Virus record (IMG/VR): IMGVR_UViG_3300027749_000038
Reading direction: 5' to 3' (one strand)
Length of the DNA stretch: 64,000 nucleotides
Source of the DNA: a virus
Of this stretch, positions 28,708 through 38,481 are shown in pieces. The notes under the pieces were generated by a model. That model had not been told where the DNA came from. It saw nothing but the letters and a program-made list of their open reading frames with translations, and made no database searches. The translations under genes and the position numbers were made by a program. The first letter of the stretch is position 1; every line of letters begins with the position of its first letter.

Positions 28708-30304
28708 TGCCTTAGAGAAAATTTATAAGAAATTTTCATCTGGTAAAAAATTTGTTATAGCTAGACTACCTACGGGATCAGGAAAATCTCATATAGCCAC
28801 GGCGATAGCAAGGTCTTCTAATAAAATAGATGAAACTAGGCGATCTCTTTTAGATAGTTATAAAGCATTCAAAAGAGATCAAAACGGTGAATACCTGCAT
28901 AAAGAAACTTTTATGCAAGGAGAATCTTTTGGATCAGTTATATTAACCGTAACTAGATCTTTGCAAAATCAATATTTGGAATTGTTTCCCGAAGCTATAG
29001 CAGCTAAAGGTAAGAACAATTACAATTGTGCGGTAGATACTAATGTTACCGTAGATTTTGCTCCTTGTTTATTTAGTTCTAAATTAAAGCAAGAATGTTT
29101 TGAGGAAGATAGGTGTCCTTATTATAAGGTTCGAAAAAATGCTTTAATTTCAAATGATCCTATATTGAATTATAGAGCATATTTTAATATGCCTAAATTT
29201 TTACAACGTAGACAGTTTGTTATATTTGATGAAGCAGATAAAATTGAAAGTGAATTAGTGGGTCAATACTCCGTGACATTAAATTATGCTCAATTAGCAG
29301 CAGAAGAAATTGTATTCAAGAAGGTAATTTCAGATGATAGTGAAGAAGCCGGTCTATGGGTTCATGATATCTATTTGCAATTAAAAGATCTGGTGGTAGA
29401 TGTAAAACAAAAAGTATCTTTAATGTCCAATAAAAATGGATTTGAAAGTTTGTTGTTTAAACAACAACAAAGATTGGGTAAATTAACCAGTCTTTATAAT
29501 GCAGTTATGGATGTAGTTTTGAATTGGCAATCTTGTCAATATCTAGTAGAAAACAAAGATGCTAAAGAAGTTACATTTGTGCCTTTTGACATCAAACCTT
29601 TAGCAAAAGAATTGTTTGAAATGGCAGATCATGTACTTTTAATGTCTGCAACCATCAGCAATGTACAAGAATATGCTAAAAGTATAGGTATTTCAGAGAA
29701 AGACTATGAGTTTATTGATACCGATTCAGTTTTTGAAGCATCAAAATCTCCTATCTATTGTTCTTCGAAGTATAGCCTATCATTTAAGACCCTAGAAGCT
29801 AATCTTCCTAAGGTATTAGAGATGGTTTATAAGATATGTGAATCACATAAAGGAGAGAAAGGATTGATACATACTCATACCACAGCCATCACAGAGCAGG
29901 TTAAACGAAAATTTAATAAAAACAATAGATTTTTATTTAGAGATACCGGAGTTTCTAATGAAGATATTATCAAAGAGCACAAGTCTCGAGTAGATGAAGA
30001 TACTATTTTGGTTAGCCCTTCATTAGACACAGGAGTAAGCCTGGATGATGATCTTGGTAGATTTCAAATCATTATAAAGGCTCCGTATTTGCCGTTAGGT
30101 TCTAAAAGAATTAAGAAACAATTCGATAAAAATCCTCAATATTATGGTATGAAGATGTTAGATACACTGATTCAAATGAGTGGTCGATGCACGAGATCAA
30201 TTAAAGATCATTCAGTAACCTATATTTTAGACGGCGCGGCAGTTAAGGCGGTAACAAGTAATAAAAAACATTTACCAAAATACTTCTTAGAACGTTTCAT
30301 GTAA
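28640..30304 (+). CDS. DinG/XPD-like SF2 helicase, TTG start
   Basis: FP...PRPQQ, LPTGSGKS, LQ.QY, KGKNNY.C, CPYY, DEAD, LMSAT, SPSLDTGVSL, IIKAPY, QMSGRCTRS..D, ILDG. Confidence 0.85.
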   Translation: MKTNISNFLNNFPGPTPRPQQIDALEKIYKKFSSGKKFVIARLPTGSGKSHIATAIARSSNKIDETRRSLLDSYKAFKRDQNGEYLHKETFMQGESFGSVILTVTRSLQNQYLELFPEAIAAKGKNNYNCAVDTNVTVDFAPCLFSSKLKQECFEEDRCPYYKVRKNALISNDPILNYRAYFNMPKFLQRRQFVIFDEADKIESELVGQYSVTLNYAQLAAEEIVFKKVISDDSEEAGLWVHDIYLQLKDLVVDVKQKVSLMSNKNGFESLLFKQQQRLGKLTSLYNAVMDVVLNWQSCQYLVENKDAKEVTFVPFDIKPLAKELFEMADHVLLMSATISNVQEYAKSIGISEKDYEFIDTDSVFEASKSPIYCSSKYSLSFKTLEANLPKVLEMVYKICESHKGEKGLIHTHTTAITEQVKRKFNKNNRFLFRDTGVSNEDIIKEHKSRVDEDTILVSPSLDTGVSLDDDLGRFQIIIKAPYLPLGSKRIKKQFDKNPQYYGMKMLDTLIQMSGRCTRSIKDHSVTYILDGAAVKAVTSNKKHLPKYFLERFM

Positions 30305-30332
30305 TGTTTCCGGAACTAAGTATCCTTTAATA

Positions 30333-31415
30333 ATGAGAAATTATACTTTTAACTTTGAATTAAAAACCATGATGGAGCAATTTGTTGCTGCTTTCAATGA
30401 TATCATTATTAAAGGATACGATAACAAGAACACTTATATACCTGGTAGTGAAAAAAATGTTAATTTTGTATATTCTCCCAAACAACGAGTATATGCCTCT
30501 TTGGTTGCACCGGGTCCAGGTGCAATGCAACTTCCGGTCATAGCTGTAAGTTTTGGAACTATTTCCAGAGATAAGAGTAGAGTTTTTAATAAAAATAACG
30601 GATTTATACTTCCAGCGGATCAACCCAAGTCTGAAGTATTTTTAAAGAGAATTCCTCAACCCATACCAGTTGATGTAACTGTCAATATGACAATAGTTAC
30701 AAAATATCAGGAACATATGGATCAAATTATCAGTAATTTTGTACCATATTGTGATCCTTATATAGTTATTTCTTGGAAATTTCCCGGACTAGAAAATTCT
30801 AGTACTCAATTTGAAATTAGATCAGAAGTACTTTGGAGTGGAATTGTAAACACTTCATATCCTAAAGAATTAAATGCCTCCCAAAATTTCATGGTTACAG
30901 CAGATACCTCCTTTACTATAAAGGGTTGGATGTTTAAGAAATTTGACGAACCTTACAAGAAGATATTTTATATAGATAGTGATTATAGTGCCACCTCACA
31001 CCTACGAGATGGAGATACTTTACTTAAATACCCAGAAACAGAATATTTTTCCATTTCTGCTTGTCCATTTATCAAAGCAGTATTTCCTCAAGAAATTTTT
31101 ACACCAAATGTATCAGCCACAACATTTGATATATACGGAAAATATCTCATTCAACCTCTTAATGTATATTTAAGTGCTTCGAACCCATTAATGTTTAATA
31201 ACATTACCACATTTTCACCATTCATTAGTTCTACAAAATTATCGTCTGTATATACTCCTTTCAAAGCGGTATCTACTACTTTCAATGCAATAGATGATCA
31301 ACATATAGAAATTAGTTTTCCGGAAATTCCAGCTCATCCCGGATTTGTTGATATCATTGTAGAAAATGAAGCCGGATATGGAAAATTAAATTCCTATAAA
31401 TTACAAGTTACTTAA
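30333..31415 (+). CDS. gp15: Tail sheath stabilizer/terminator gp15-like, with C-terminal extension
   Basis: F...FNDI.I, V..VYSPKQR, LPVI, RD..R..NK, P.PV.V...M.I, DQI...F.PY..P. Confidence 0.7.
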   Translation: MRNYTFNFELKTMMEQFVAAFNDIIIKGYDNKNTYIPGSEKNVNFVYSPKQRVYASLVAPGPGAMQLPVIAVSFGTISRDKSRVFNKNNGFILPADQPKSEVFLKRIPQPIPVDVTVNMTIVTKYQEHMDQIISNFVPYCDPYIVISWKFPGLENSSTQFEIRSEVLWSGIVNTSYPKELNASQNFMVTADTSFTIKGWMFKKFDEPYKKIFYIDSDYSATSHLRDGDTLLKYPETEYFSISACPFIKAVFPQEIFTPNVSATTFDIYGKYLIQPLNVYLSASNPLMFNNITTFSPFISSTKLSSVYTPFKAVSTTFNAIDDQHIEISFPEIPAHPGFVDIIVENEAGYGKLNSYKLQVT

Positions 31416-31464
31416 CAGAAATAATGTAGTGTTAAGTTACAATTTTACCTAAATATAAAATTAT

Positions 31465-33324
31465 ATGCCAGATGTTCTCTCCAATTCTCCTCGAGGTTCA
31501 GGTGCCTCTAATAATTTTATAGCTAATGTTTTGCAGAGACTTCCTTATATCTCTGCTGGATTAGATGTTAATCAAGGTAATACCAAATACGAATTATTTG
31601 ACAGGCTTTCTAAGAAGACTGAAATGAGACTCTTAAAGCAGTCTGTCATTACTGGTCCGGCAATGACCTCTGTGTATGGTGATTCTAATAGAGGAAATAC
31701 ATTTGGTTCTCAGAATCCTTATCACAATTACATATATGCTCATGTAGATACAGATAAAATTCGCAGAATATCTGAATATCGTCGTATGGCTTCTTTTTCA
31801 GAAGTGTCTGATTGTCTAGATGAAATATGTGATGAGTTTATAGTCAAAGACGAGAATGGAAAAATAGTACATTTAAATTTTTCTCCATTTGCAGATCTTA
31901 GTTCTGAAGAAAAAACTGAAATACAAAAAGAATTTGAAAAATTCATTAACATTTATGATTTAGAACATAAAGGATGGGGGTACTGCAGACATTTTCTTAT
32001 AGAAGGAGAAATTTTCTTTGAAAATATTATCTATAAAGAAGATACAAGCTACGGAATTATTGGAGCATTGGCCATTCCATCAGAGATTATCAATCCAGTA
32101 TATGATAATGTACAAAACAATGTTATTGAAAATTTTATATTTCAAAAACCAATTAGTTTACAGAAAAATCCAGCATCAGCTCTTTCACAGGGTCAAAGTA
32201 ATATTTCTTCTGCAAATAATTTGCAGAATCAAATTTTGACTCTACAAGGTAATCAAATTACCTATATTAATTCTGGCATTTGGAACGAAGATCTGACTGT
32301 CAAAATACCATTTATAGAAAATTGTAGAAGAGCTTATAAACTTCTTTCTCTTTTAGAAGATGCTATTATTATTTATCGATTAGTTAGAGCTCCGGAAAGG
32401 CTTAAATTTGTTATTGATGTTGGAAATATGCCACCTGCTAAGGCCACTGCTTATCTAGAACAGCTTAAACAGCAATACTGGTCTAAACAAGTGTTTGACG
32501 GAAGCAAGGGAGGCATAGCAAATGCTTATAATCCACAATCGATGTTAGATAGTTATTGGTTTGCTAAGCGTACTGGTGAAACTGGGTCTGATGTATCGGT
32601 ATTGCCGGGTGGAGACAATCTTGGGAAATTGGATGATTTGGTTTATTTTGTTAATAAACTTTATAAAAGTTTAAAAGTACCTCTTTCTCGACTGAATCCT
32701 AATGAATCTTATAAAGATGGTTCTGAAATTTTACGCGAAGAATTAAAATTCGCAAAATTTATCATACGTTTGCAAAATCAGTTTGCTAGTGGTTTTAAAG
32801 AATCTTTTATAGCTCATCTTAAAATTAAAGGTTGGTGGAAAGATTATAAATTACACGAATCTTATATAAATTTAAATTTTAATGCCCCTTCAAATTATTT
32901 TGCTATCAGAGAACAGCAATTATTTGAACTCAAGCAGAAAAATTATGGTACTATGGCTCAAAGTGAAGGAATTTCTGATATATTTGCTCAGCGACATTAT
33001 CTACAATATAGTGATGCTAAGATTAGTGAAAATATGGAATGGCTACGCAAAGAAGCCGCTTTTAAATGGGAGCTTTCTCAGATTGCTAATGCTGGTCCAA
33101 ATTGGAGAGAACAGATAGAAATGGCTCAACAAGCCGCTAGTGGTGGAGTTTCTGCTGGAAGCGGCAGCGGGGGTGAATCAGGAATAGGAGGTTCTAATAT
33201 TCCAGAATTTGGAGGAAGTACACCAGAAACTACTCCTACAATTCCAGCAGCGGGTGAAGGCGCTGCACCAGAACTAGGAGCAACTCCTACAACTACTGAA
33301 GTACCTACTACCCCTGCGGGATAA
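31465..33324 (+). CDS. gp20: Portal protein gp20
   Basis: YRRMA...EV...LDEI.DE, LLEDAIIIYRLVRAPERLKF.IDVGNMPPAKA..YL, YWF.KR.G..G..V..LPGG.NLG, LY.SL.VP.SRL, EI.REE.KF.KFI.RL. Confidence 0.97.
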   Translation: MPDVLSNSPRGSGASNNFIANVLQRLPYISAGLDVNQGNTKYELFDRLSKKTEMRLLKQSVITGPAMTSVYGDSNRGNTFGSQNPYHNYIYAHVDTDKIRRISEYRRMASFSEVSDCLDEICDEFIVKDENGKIVHLNFSPFADLSSEEKTEIQKEFEKFINIYDLEHKGWGYCRHFLIEGEIFFENIIYKEDTSYGIIGALAIPSEIINPVYDNVQNNVIENFIFQKPISLQKNPASALSQGQSNISSANNLQNQILTLQGNQITYINSGIWNEDLTVKIPFIENCRRAYKLLSLLEDAIIIYRLVRAPERLKFVIDVGNMPPAKATAYLEQLKQQYWSKQVFDGSKGGIANAYNPQSMLDSYWFAKRTGETGSDVSVLPGGDNLGKLDDLVYFVNKLYKSLKVPLSRLNPNESYKDGSEILREELKFAKFIIRLQNQFASGFKESFIAHLKIKGWWKDYKLHESYINLNFNAPSNYFAIREQQLFELKQKNYGTMAQSEGISDIFAQRHYLQYSDAKISENMEWLRKEAAFKWELSQIANAGPNWREQIEMAQQAASGGVSAGSGSGGESGIGGSNIPEFGGSTPETTPTIPAAGEGAAPELGATPTTTEVPTTPAG

Positions 33325-33332
33325 GTAGTGTC

Positions 33333-34496
33333 ATGGGTGTTTTACCAAACAACTTTAGAGGAAGTACCACTTTTAATAACAGCATCTCAAGTTACGACAT
33401 GCTTGCCTTGAGGGTTAAGCGTCTATTGGGATATCCTTTAATTCAAATAGAGATTGCAGACGAACAACTCTATGAAATAATGAATATAGCCTGCGAATAT
33501 TTTACCAAATTCGCAGGTATGACAGAAGAATTTTTAATATTTAGATCCGATCTTTATATCCCAGGAGTAGGACTCCCTATCGGAAGGTTGATTAACATAT
33601 CACCAGACTTAGCAACCTCTTATGATAATTTATCTCCTCTTATTCCAAATAATCAAACCGCCACAGAATATGATAGTTTGATAGGAGATGCAATAAACCA
33701 TACTTTTATTGTCAACCATAATTTAAATTCAGACACAGTATATCCCACTGTATATGATGCAGCTAGCAATCAATTGGTAATAACTGGGTCTTCTGTTATA
33801 GATGCAAACAACATACGAATTAATTTTTCTTTTGTTCCTTCTGTTAATCAATATAAAGTAGTAGTATTAAATGGTAAAACTACTTCAGAAATTTCACCTA
33901 CATTATCTCTCTCGTCTATTCCAGCTGGAAGTCATGGATTTACTGGAATAGATTTTGACTTAAATGATTATCGCAAAGTAGTAGATGTTTCTTCTTTTAT
34001 AGAAGGAAGCAATACTGGTATAAACACTTTATTTACTATAGAACACGCCATAGCCCAACAAGCATATTTTGGACATTTATTAGGTAATGTTGGTTATGAC
34101 TTAGTAACCTGGCAAGCTTTGAAGGGATGGATAGATCTTAGAGAAAAAACTCTGGCTTTAACTCCATATTTAAGATTCTACCCAGAAGATCAAATATTAA
34201 AGATTATTCCAGAACCAACTCAAAATTCCGTATATTTTGGATTAGTTAAATGTAAGCTTCAAAAACCAATTAAACATATAGTCAGTCAATTATGGGTTTA
34301 TAAATATGTAACAGCTCTAACTAAAATTGCAGTTGCTCACGCTAGAGGAAAATATACAGGCGCGGCTTTATTTGGTGGACAAACTATAAATTATACCGAC
34401 CTAATGAGCCAGGGATTGGCCGAAAGAGATAAATTGGAAGCTGAGATAACATCAGACTTAATCGACAGAGAACCTATCCCATTTTTTATTGGGTAA
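33333..34496 (+). CDS. gp13: Neck protein gp13-like with internal insertion
   Basis: RLLGYPLIQIEI..EQ, W..KY..A..K...G..R.KY....LFGGQTIN.......G..E...LE...P..FFIG. Confidence 0.8.
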   Translation: MGVLPNNFRGSTTFNNSISSYDMLALRVKRLLGYPLIQIEIADEQLYEIMNIACEYFTKFAGMTEEFLIFRSDLYIPGVGLPIGRLINISPDLATSYDNLSPLIPNNQTATEYDSLIGDAINHTFIVNHNLNSDTVYPTVYDAASNQLVITGSSVIDANNIRINFSFVPSVNQYKVVVLNGKTTSEISPTLSLSSIPAGSHGFTGIDFDLNDYRKVVDVSSFIEGSNTGINTLFTIEHAIAQQAYFGHLLGNVGYDLVTWQALKGWIDLREKTLALTPYLRFYPEDQILKIIPEPTQNSVYFGLVKCKLQKPIKHIVSQLWVYKYVTALTKIAVAHARGKYTGAALFGGQTINYTDLMSQGLAERDKLEAEITSDLIDREPIPFFIG

Positions 34497-34499
34497 TAT

Positions 34500-34964
34500 A
34501 TGAGAAAATCCCTCAATAAAAATTCTGAGTTTAATCAAGGCAAATTCATACCAACTAAACCAGAAAAATATAGAGGATCTTATCCGATATATTTTAGATC
34601 TAGTCTAGAATTAAAAGCTTATCGATGGATGGATAATAATGACAAGGTTATTTCCTGGGGGTCTGAATCTGTAATAATACCTTACATGTCTCCTCTAGAT
34701 AATAAAATGCATAGATATTTTGTAGATCTAGTTGTGGCCCTTAAACAAGCAGATAATTCTATTAAAAAATTATTAATAGAAATTAAACCTGAAAAATTTT
34801 GTGAAGCTCCTAAAATAACTCCTCGTAAAAGCAAAAAAACTATTTTATTTGAACATACCCAATACGTTACAAATACAGCTAAATGGGAAGCTGCACGTAA
34901 ATGGTGTGATAGACATGGATATATTTTTATTGTAATGACCGAAAAAGATCTAAATAGATCTTAA
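34500..34964 (+). CDS. gp4: Head completion nuclease gp4 (TnsA-like endonuclease)
   Basis: G.F.P..PEKY.G, RSSLE, W.SE...IPY.SP.D...HRYF.D, IEIKP, N.AKWEAA..WC. Confidence 0.9.
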   Translation: MRKSLNKNSEFNQGKFIPTKPEKYRGSYPIYFRSSLELKAYRWMDNNDKVISWGSESVIIPYMSPLDNKMHRYFVDLVVALKQADNSIKKLLIEIKPEKFCEAPKITPRKSKKTILFEHTQYVTNTAKWEAARKWCDRHGYIFIVMTEKDLNRS

Positions 34965-34992
34965 ACAAGTTTTTGAATAAGGCTACTTGAGG

Positions 34993-35000
34993 TATAAATA
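34993..35000 (+). promoter_or_regulatory. T4-type late promoter TATAAATA upstream of gp21
   Basis: Exact T4 late consensus 17 nt upstream of the ATG at 35018; gp55 is encoded in the window. Confidence 0.7.
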
Positions 35001-35017
35001 TTAATTATAATTTTTAT

Positions 35018-35707
35018 ATGAGTAATAACGTTTACCGTTTGCTAGTAGAAGAACCAACTTATGAAGTAAACTATTTGTTGGAAGAACAAAACAAGAACTC
35101 TCCTTCTAATATGTTTATTAAAGGACCATTCTTGATGGCAAATGAAGCTAATAAAAATAAAAGAATTTATCCATTAGAAGAAATGGTGAAAGAAGTGGAT
35201 CGTTACAGAGTTGAAATGATTGATAACAATAGAGCCACTGGAGAACTTAATCATCCTCAATCCCCAGAAATTAATTTAGAAAGAGTTTGTCATATAGTAA
35301 CAGACCTCAAACAAAATGGTAATATTTTTGAAGGCAAGAGCAAAATTCTTCACGGAGAAGGAATGCCATTAGGAAATTTGGTGAAGGGTTTAATTCTGCA
35401 AGGAGTAAAATTAGGAGTTTCTAGTAGATCTTTAGGCAGACTCGTAAGTGAGAAAAATGGAATGAACCGAGTAGCCGACTTTAGACTAGTTGCGGTAGAT
35501 GTGGTCGCGGACCCATCGGTTCCTACTGCCTTCGTGAATGGCATTTTAGAATCTAAGCAATGGACCATTGGTAGCAACGGAGAATTTTCTCCTTACTATG
35601 AACAATTTGAAAAAAACATTAGTTCTTTGCCCACTAAAAATAAAAATCAATTTCTCAAAGAACATGTAATTGCTTTTATTAATGCAATTAAAAACCATTC
35701 AAGATAA
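35018..35707 (+). CDS. gp21: Prohead protease gp21
   Basis: N.N.RIYP...EV..Y, GELNHP, L.RV.H, GK.KIL...P.G, GV.LGVSSRSLG, D.VADPS.P.AFVNGI.E. Confidence 0.95.
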   Translation: MSNNVYRLLVEEPTYEVNYLLEEQNKNSPSNMFIKGPFLMANEANKNKRIYPLEEMVKEVDRYRVEMIDNNRATGELNHPQSPEINLERVCHIVTDLKQNGNIFEGKSKILHGEGMPLGNLVKGLILQGVKLGVSSRSLGRLVSEKNGMNRVADFRLVAVDVVADPSVPTAFVNGILESKQWTIGSNGEFSPYYEQFEKNISSLPTKNKNQFLKEHVIAFINAIKNHSR

Positions 35708-35720
35708 ATATATTCAAATT

Positions 35721-35960
35721 ATGACAGAAAAACAACTTATTTCTAAATTCATAGCTCAGCTTTGTGAAAAGCAATTTGCTTTTGCAAATTCTACACTAGC
35801 TACTATTGTAGAGGCCAAGCTCAAAGGTAAAATTAAAAAAGAAGCCGATAAAATGTCTGGTAAAACAGAAAAAAAATCCAAGAAAGATAAAGCTTCTGAA
35901 TTTTTTGCTAAAATGAAGGGCAAAAAAGCTACTAAAGGGGCATACCAGAAGAATAAGTAA
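35721..35960 (+). CDS. Small basic prohead-core-like protein, 79 aa
   Basis: Between gp21 and gp22; TAAATA 10 nt upstream of ATG 35721. Confidence 0.55.
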   Translation: MTEKQLISKFIAQLCEKQFAFANSTLATIVEAKLKGKIKKEADKMSGKTEKKSKKDKASEFFAKMKGKKATKGAYQKNK

Positions 35961-35975
35961 ATTTATACCTGTAAT

Positions 35976-36869
35976 ATGAATATATCAGCTATTCTAGAAA
36001 ACATTGAAGGAAATACTCTTAACGAGGAAGCAGCAACAGCCATTGCAGAAGCATTTGAAGCTGCCGTTAATGAGAAAGTTTCTACTCGCATTGGACTTGA
36101 AGTGGAAAAAGCCTTAAATGAACAGGACACTGACCACGCCGCTAAATTAAAAACATTAATTGAGGCTATTGATAAAGATCATTCATCTAAGCTCCAAGAA
36201 GTAGTTGAAGCGATCAACATCAATCACACAGAAAAACTCAAAAAAGTAGTTAATTACTACACCAAAGCTGTAAATGAAAAGGCTCAAACTTTCAGTAATA
36301 AGATTGTAAGTGAAATGAGCAATTATTTAGATTTGTATTTGGATAAATTGATTCCTAAGGAACAATTGAGTGAAGCTGTTGCTAATACCTCAGCTCGTAA
36401 TCAATTAGAACAAATTAAGAAAATTATTTCCTTTGATCCTTCTTCTTTAAATGAAGATTTCAAAAAAGTTGTTATCAATGGTAAATCTAAAATAGATGAA
36501 CTTCAAGCAAAACTTAATGAGTCTTATAAAGAAAACATTGAGTTAAATGAAACCGTTAAACAAACAAAGGCTTCTTTGTTTATTGAACAAAAATCTAAAG
36601 GAATGTCTTCCACAAAGAAAGAATTTCTTACCAAAATTTTGAGTGATAAGTCCCCAGAATATATCAATGAAAACTTCGATTATGTTGTTGATATGTTTGA
36701 AAGAAATGATCGCTCCGCAGCCAACAATCTAGCCACAGTTGCAACAAAGTCTGCAATCACCAAAGATGCTAAGGTTGTTAGACCTGTACAAACTCTTGTA
36801 GAATCAGCTCAACCTGCCGATTCTGCAGTAAACCTTTACATGGAGGGCTTGAAGTCCTTCGGTAAATAA
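35976..36869 (+). CDS. gp22: Prohead core scaffold gp22-like
   Basis: Coiled coil, A...FEAAV.EKV, V...YLD.Y; directly upstream of gp23. Confidence 0.8.
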   Translation: MNISAILENIEGNTLNEEAATAIAEAFEAAVNEKVSTRIGLEVEKALNEQDTDHAAKLKTLIEAIDKDHSSKLQEVVEAININHTEKLKKVVNYYTKAVNEKAQTFSNKIVSEMSNYLDLYLDKLIPKEQLSEAVANTSARNQLEQIKKIISFDPSSLNEDFKKVVINGKSKIDELQAKLNESYKENIELNETVKQTKASLFIEQKSKGMSSTKKEFLTKILSDKSPEYINENFDYVVDMFERNDRSAANNLATVATKSAITKDAKVVRPVQTLVESAQPADSAVNLYMEGLKSFGK

Positions 36870-36939
36870 TTTAGTTGGAGAATTACATGACGTTTTTCTC
36901 GAAATTATATCACAGTAAATAGAAAGTTAATTAAAATAT

Positions 36940-38391
36940 ATGAGTAATGTTAGCTCCGCTCCAGGATATATCGATCGTAACCGCGCAACTCAGTTGCTAG
37001 AAAAATGGGCCCCAATCCTTGATTTCTCTAGCGCTAAGGTAGCTCCAATTGAGAATGACCATAGCCGTTTGGCTACTGCCATCTTGATGGAAAACCAAGA
37101 GAAGTGGTGTTTAAATGAAGCAGGAAATACCGCCTCCGGTGGTGTTTTCGGCACAGCGGCAACTGGTAATTATGGTGGCCAAGTAGGACCCGCTGGGTCT
37201 GATTGGTACGCTAGTAATGACGCCCGTATGCCTAAAGTATTGATTCCTATGGTCCGCCGTACTTTCCCAGAGTTGATCACCAACGAAATCGTTGGAGTTC
37301 AGCCTATGAATGGTCCGGTTGGTATGGCATTTGCAATGCGTTATAGATATGAAAATGCTGCTCTAGGTACAAACGGTATTGATGGTGTCAATTCTCCCGG
37401 TGCTGGTACAGGTGTGGGTTCCAATGGAATTCCTCGCGTGGCTGGACCGAACGAAATTGGTTTTCAATACTTGGATACACGTTTCACTGGCACTTCTTCC
37501 GCTGGTCTTTCCGGAGTTACCTCCGATTGGTCATGGAATGCAGAAGACCAGGGTGTAGCCGCTATCTTGAGTCAGTTTGAATTAACTGGGAACATTCCTC
37601 AAGTAACTGTTGAATTCAGCAAGATCGCAGTTGAAGCCGGTACACGCCGCCTCGCAGCTCGCTGGTCGGTTGAATTGGAACAGGATTTGAAGAACATGAA
37701 CGGATTGGATATCGATTCTGAATTGACAAACGCTATGTCGTATGAAATTCAGGCCGAAATCGACCGTGAAATGATTGTTCGCATGATTCAGTTGTCTCTT
37801 AATGCAGGTAAAGGTACTGGGTATAGCTTCTGGTATGCAGCTTCTGCTGATGCTCGTTGGATGGGAGAACGTAATCGTGACTTCTACGCCAAGGTCATCG
37901 TTGAAGCCAACCGTATCGCCATTCGTAACCGCCGTGGTTCCGCAAACTTCATCGTTGCAACTCCACGTGTTTGTGCGATTTTGGAGATGCTCCCTGAGTT
38001 TCAGTGGATGCCAGTAAACGGAAACGTCAACACACAACCAACAGGCATTGCCAAAGTTGGTACAGTTGGTGGCCGCTTTACAATCTACCGCGACACACGT
38101 ACCGAAGCTCAGAACCTAGGTAGCCGTAATGCAGCAGGAACAGGTATTGAATATGCTTTATTAGGTTACAAAGGTACCGAGTATTACGATACAGGTATCG
38201 TCTATTGTCCGTACATCCCAGTGATGATTCAACGTACAGTTGGACCGACAGATTTCGCACCTCGCGTAGGGTTAATGACCCGTTACGGAGTTGTGGATTA
38301 CATCTTCGGTGCTTCTTTGTACTACCATGTAATCATCGTTAAGGGTCTCAGCACTGACAATGTAGCCGGTAATGCCAGAATCTACATGTAA
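36940..38391 (+). CDS. gp23: Major capsid protein gp23
   Basis: LLEKWAPIL, LIPMVRRTFPELI..EIVGVQPM.GP.G..FAMR..Y, V.A.TRRL.A.WS.EL.QDL...G.D...EL, YCPYIP, P..G.MTRYG. Confidence 0.98.
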   Translation: MSNVSSAPGYIDRNRATQLLEKWAPILDFSSAKVAPIENDHSRLATAILMENQEKWCLNEAGNTASGGVFGTAATGNYGGQVGPAGSDWYASNDARMPKVLIPMVRRTFPELITNEIVGVQPMNGPVGMAFAMRYRYENAALGTNGIDGVNSPGAGTGVGSNGIPRVAGPNEIGFQYLDTRFTGTSSAGLSGVTSDWSWNAEDQGVAAILSQFELTGNIPQVTVEFSKIAVEAGTRRLAARWSVELEQDLKNMNGLDIDSELTNAMSYEIQAEIDREMIVRMIQLSLNAGKGTGYSFWYAASADARWMGERNRDFYAKVIVEANRIAIRNRRGSANFIVATPRVCAILEMLPEFQWMPVNGNVNTQPTGIAKVGTVGGRFTIYRDTRTEAQNLGSRNAAGTGIEYALLGYKGTEYYDTGIVYCPYIPVMIQRTVGPTDFAPRVGLMTRYGVVDYIFGASLYYHVIIVKGLSTDNVAGNARIYM

Positions 38392-38408
38392 GCCTTAGGA
38401 TAGTTCTT

Positions 38409-38444
38409 AAAACACTCCCACCCAAAAGGTGGGAGTGTTTTTTT
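38409..38444 (+). terminator. Rho-independent terminator after gp23
   Basis: AAAACACTCCCACC-caaaa-GGTGGGAGTGTTTT: 14-bp perfect stem running into a T-run; A-run on the left suggests bidirectional action. Confidence 0.9.
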
Positions 38445-38481
38445 GCTTTGATTTCCCATATTTTTGTCTTATTATAGACAT

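Noticed and set aside
36870-36939. tRNA or structured ncRNA in the larger intergenic gaps (also 31416-31464 and 34965-35017)
   Set aside because: No cloverleaf, T-loop GTTC or long stem was found; these gaps contain only late-promoter-like motifs.
37582-38260. Alternative-frame ORFs overlapping gp23, and similar short ORFs inside gp43, gp46, gp20 and others
   Set aside because: They lie wholly within well-supported genes, have no motifs, and are expected by chance.
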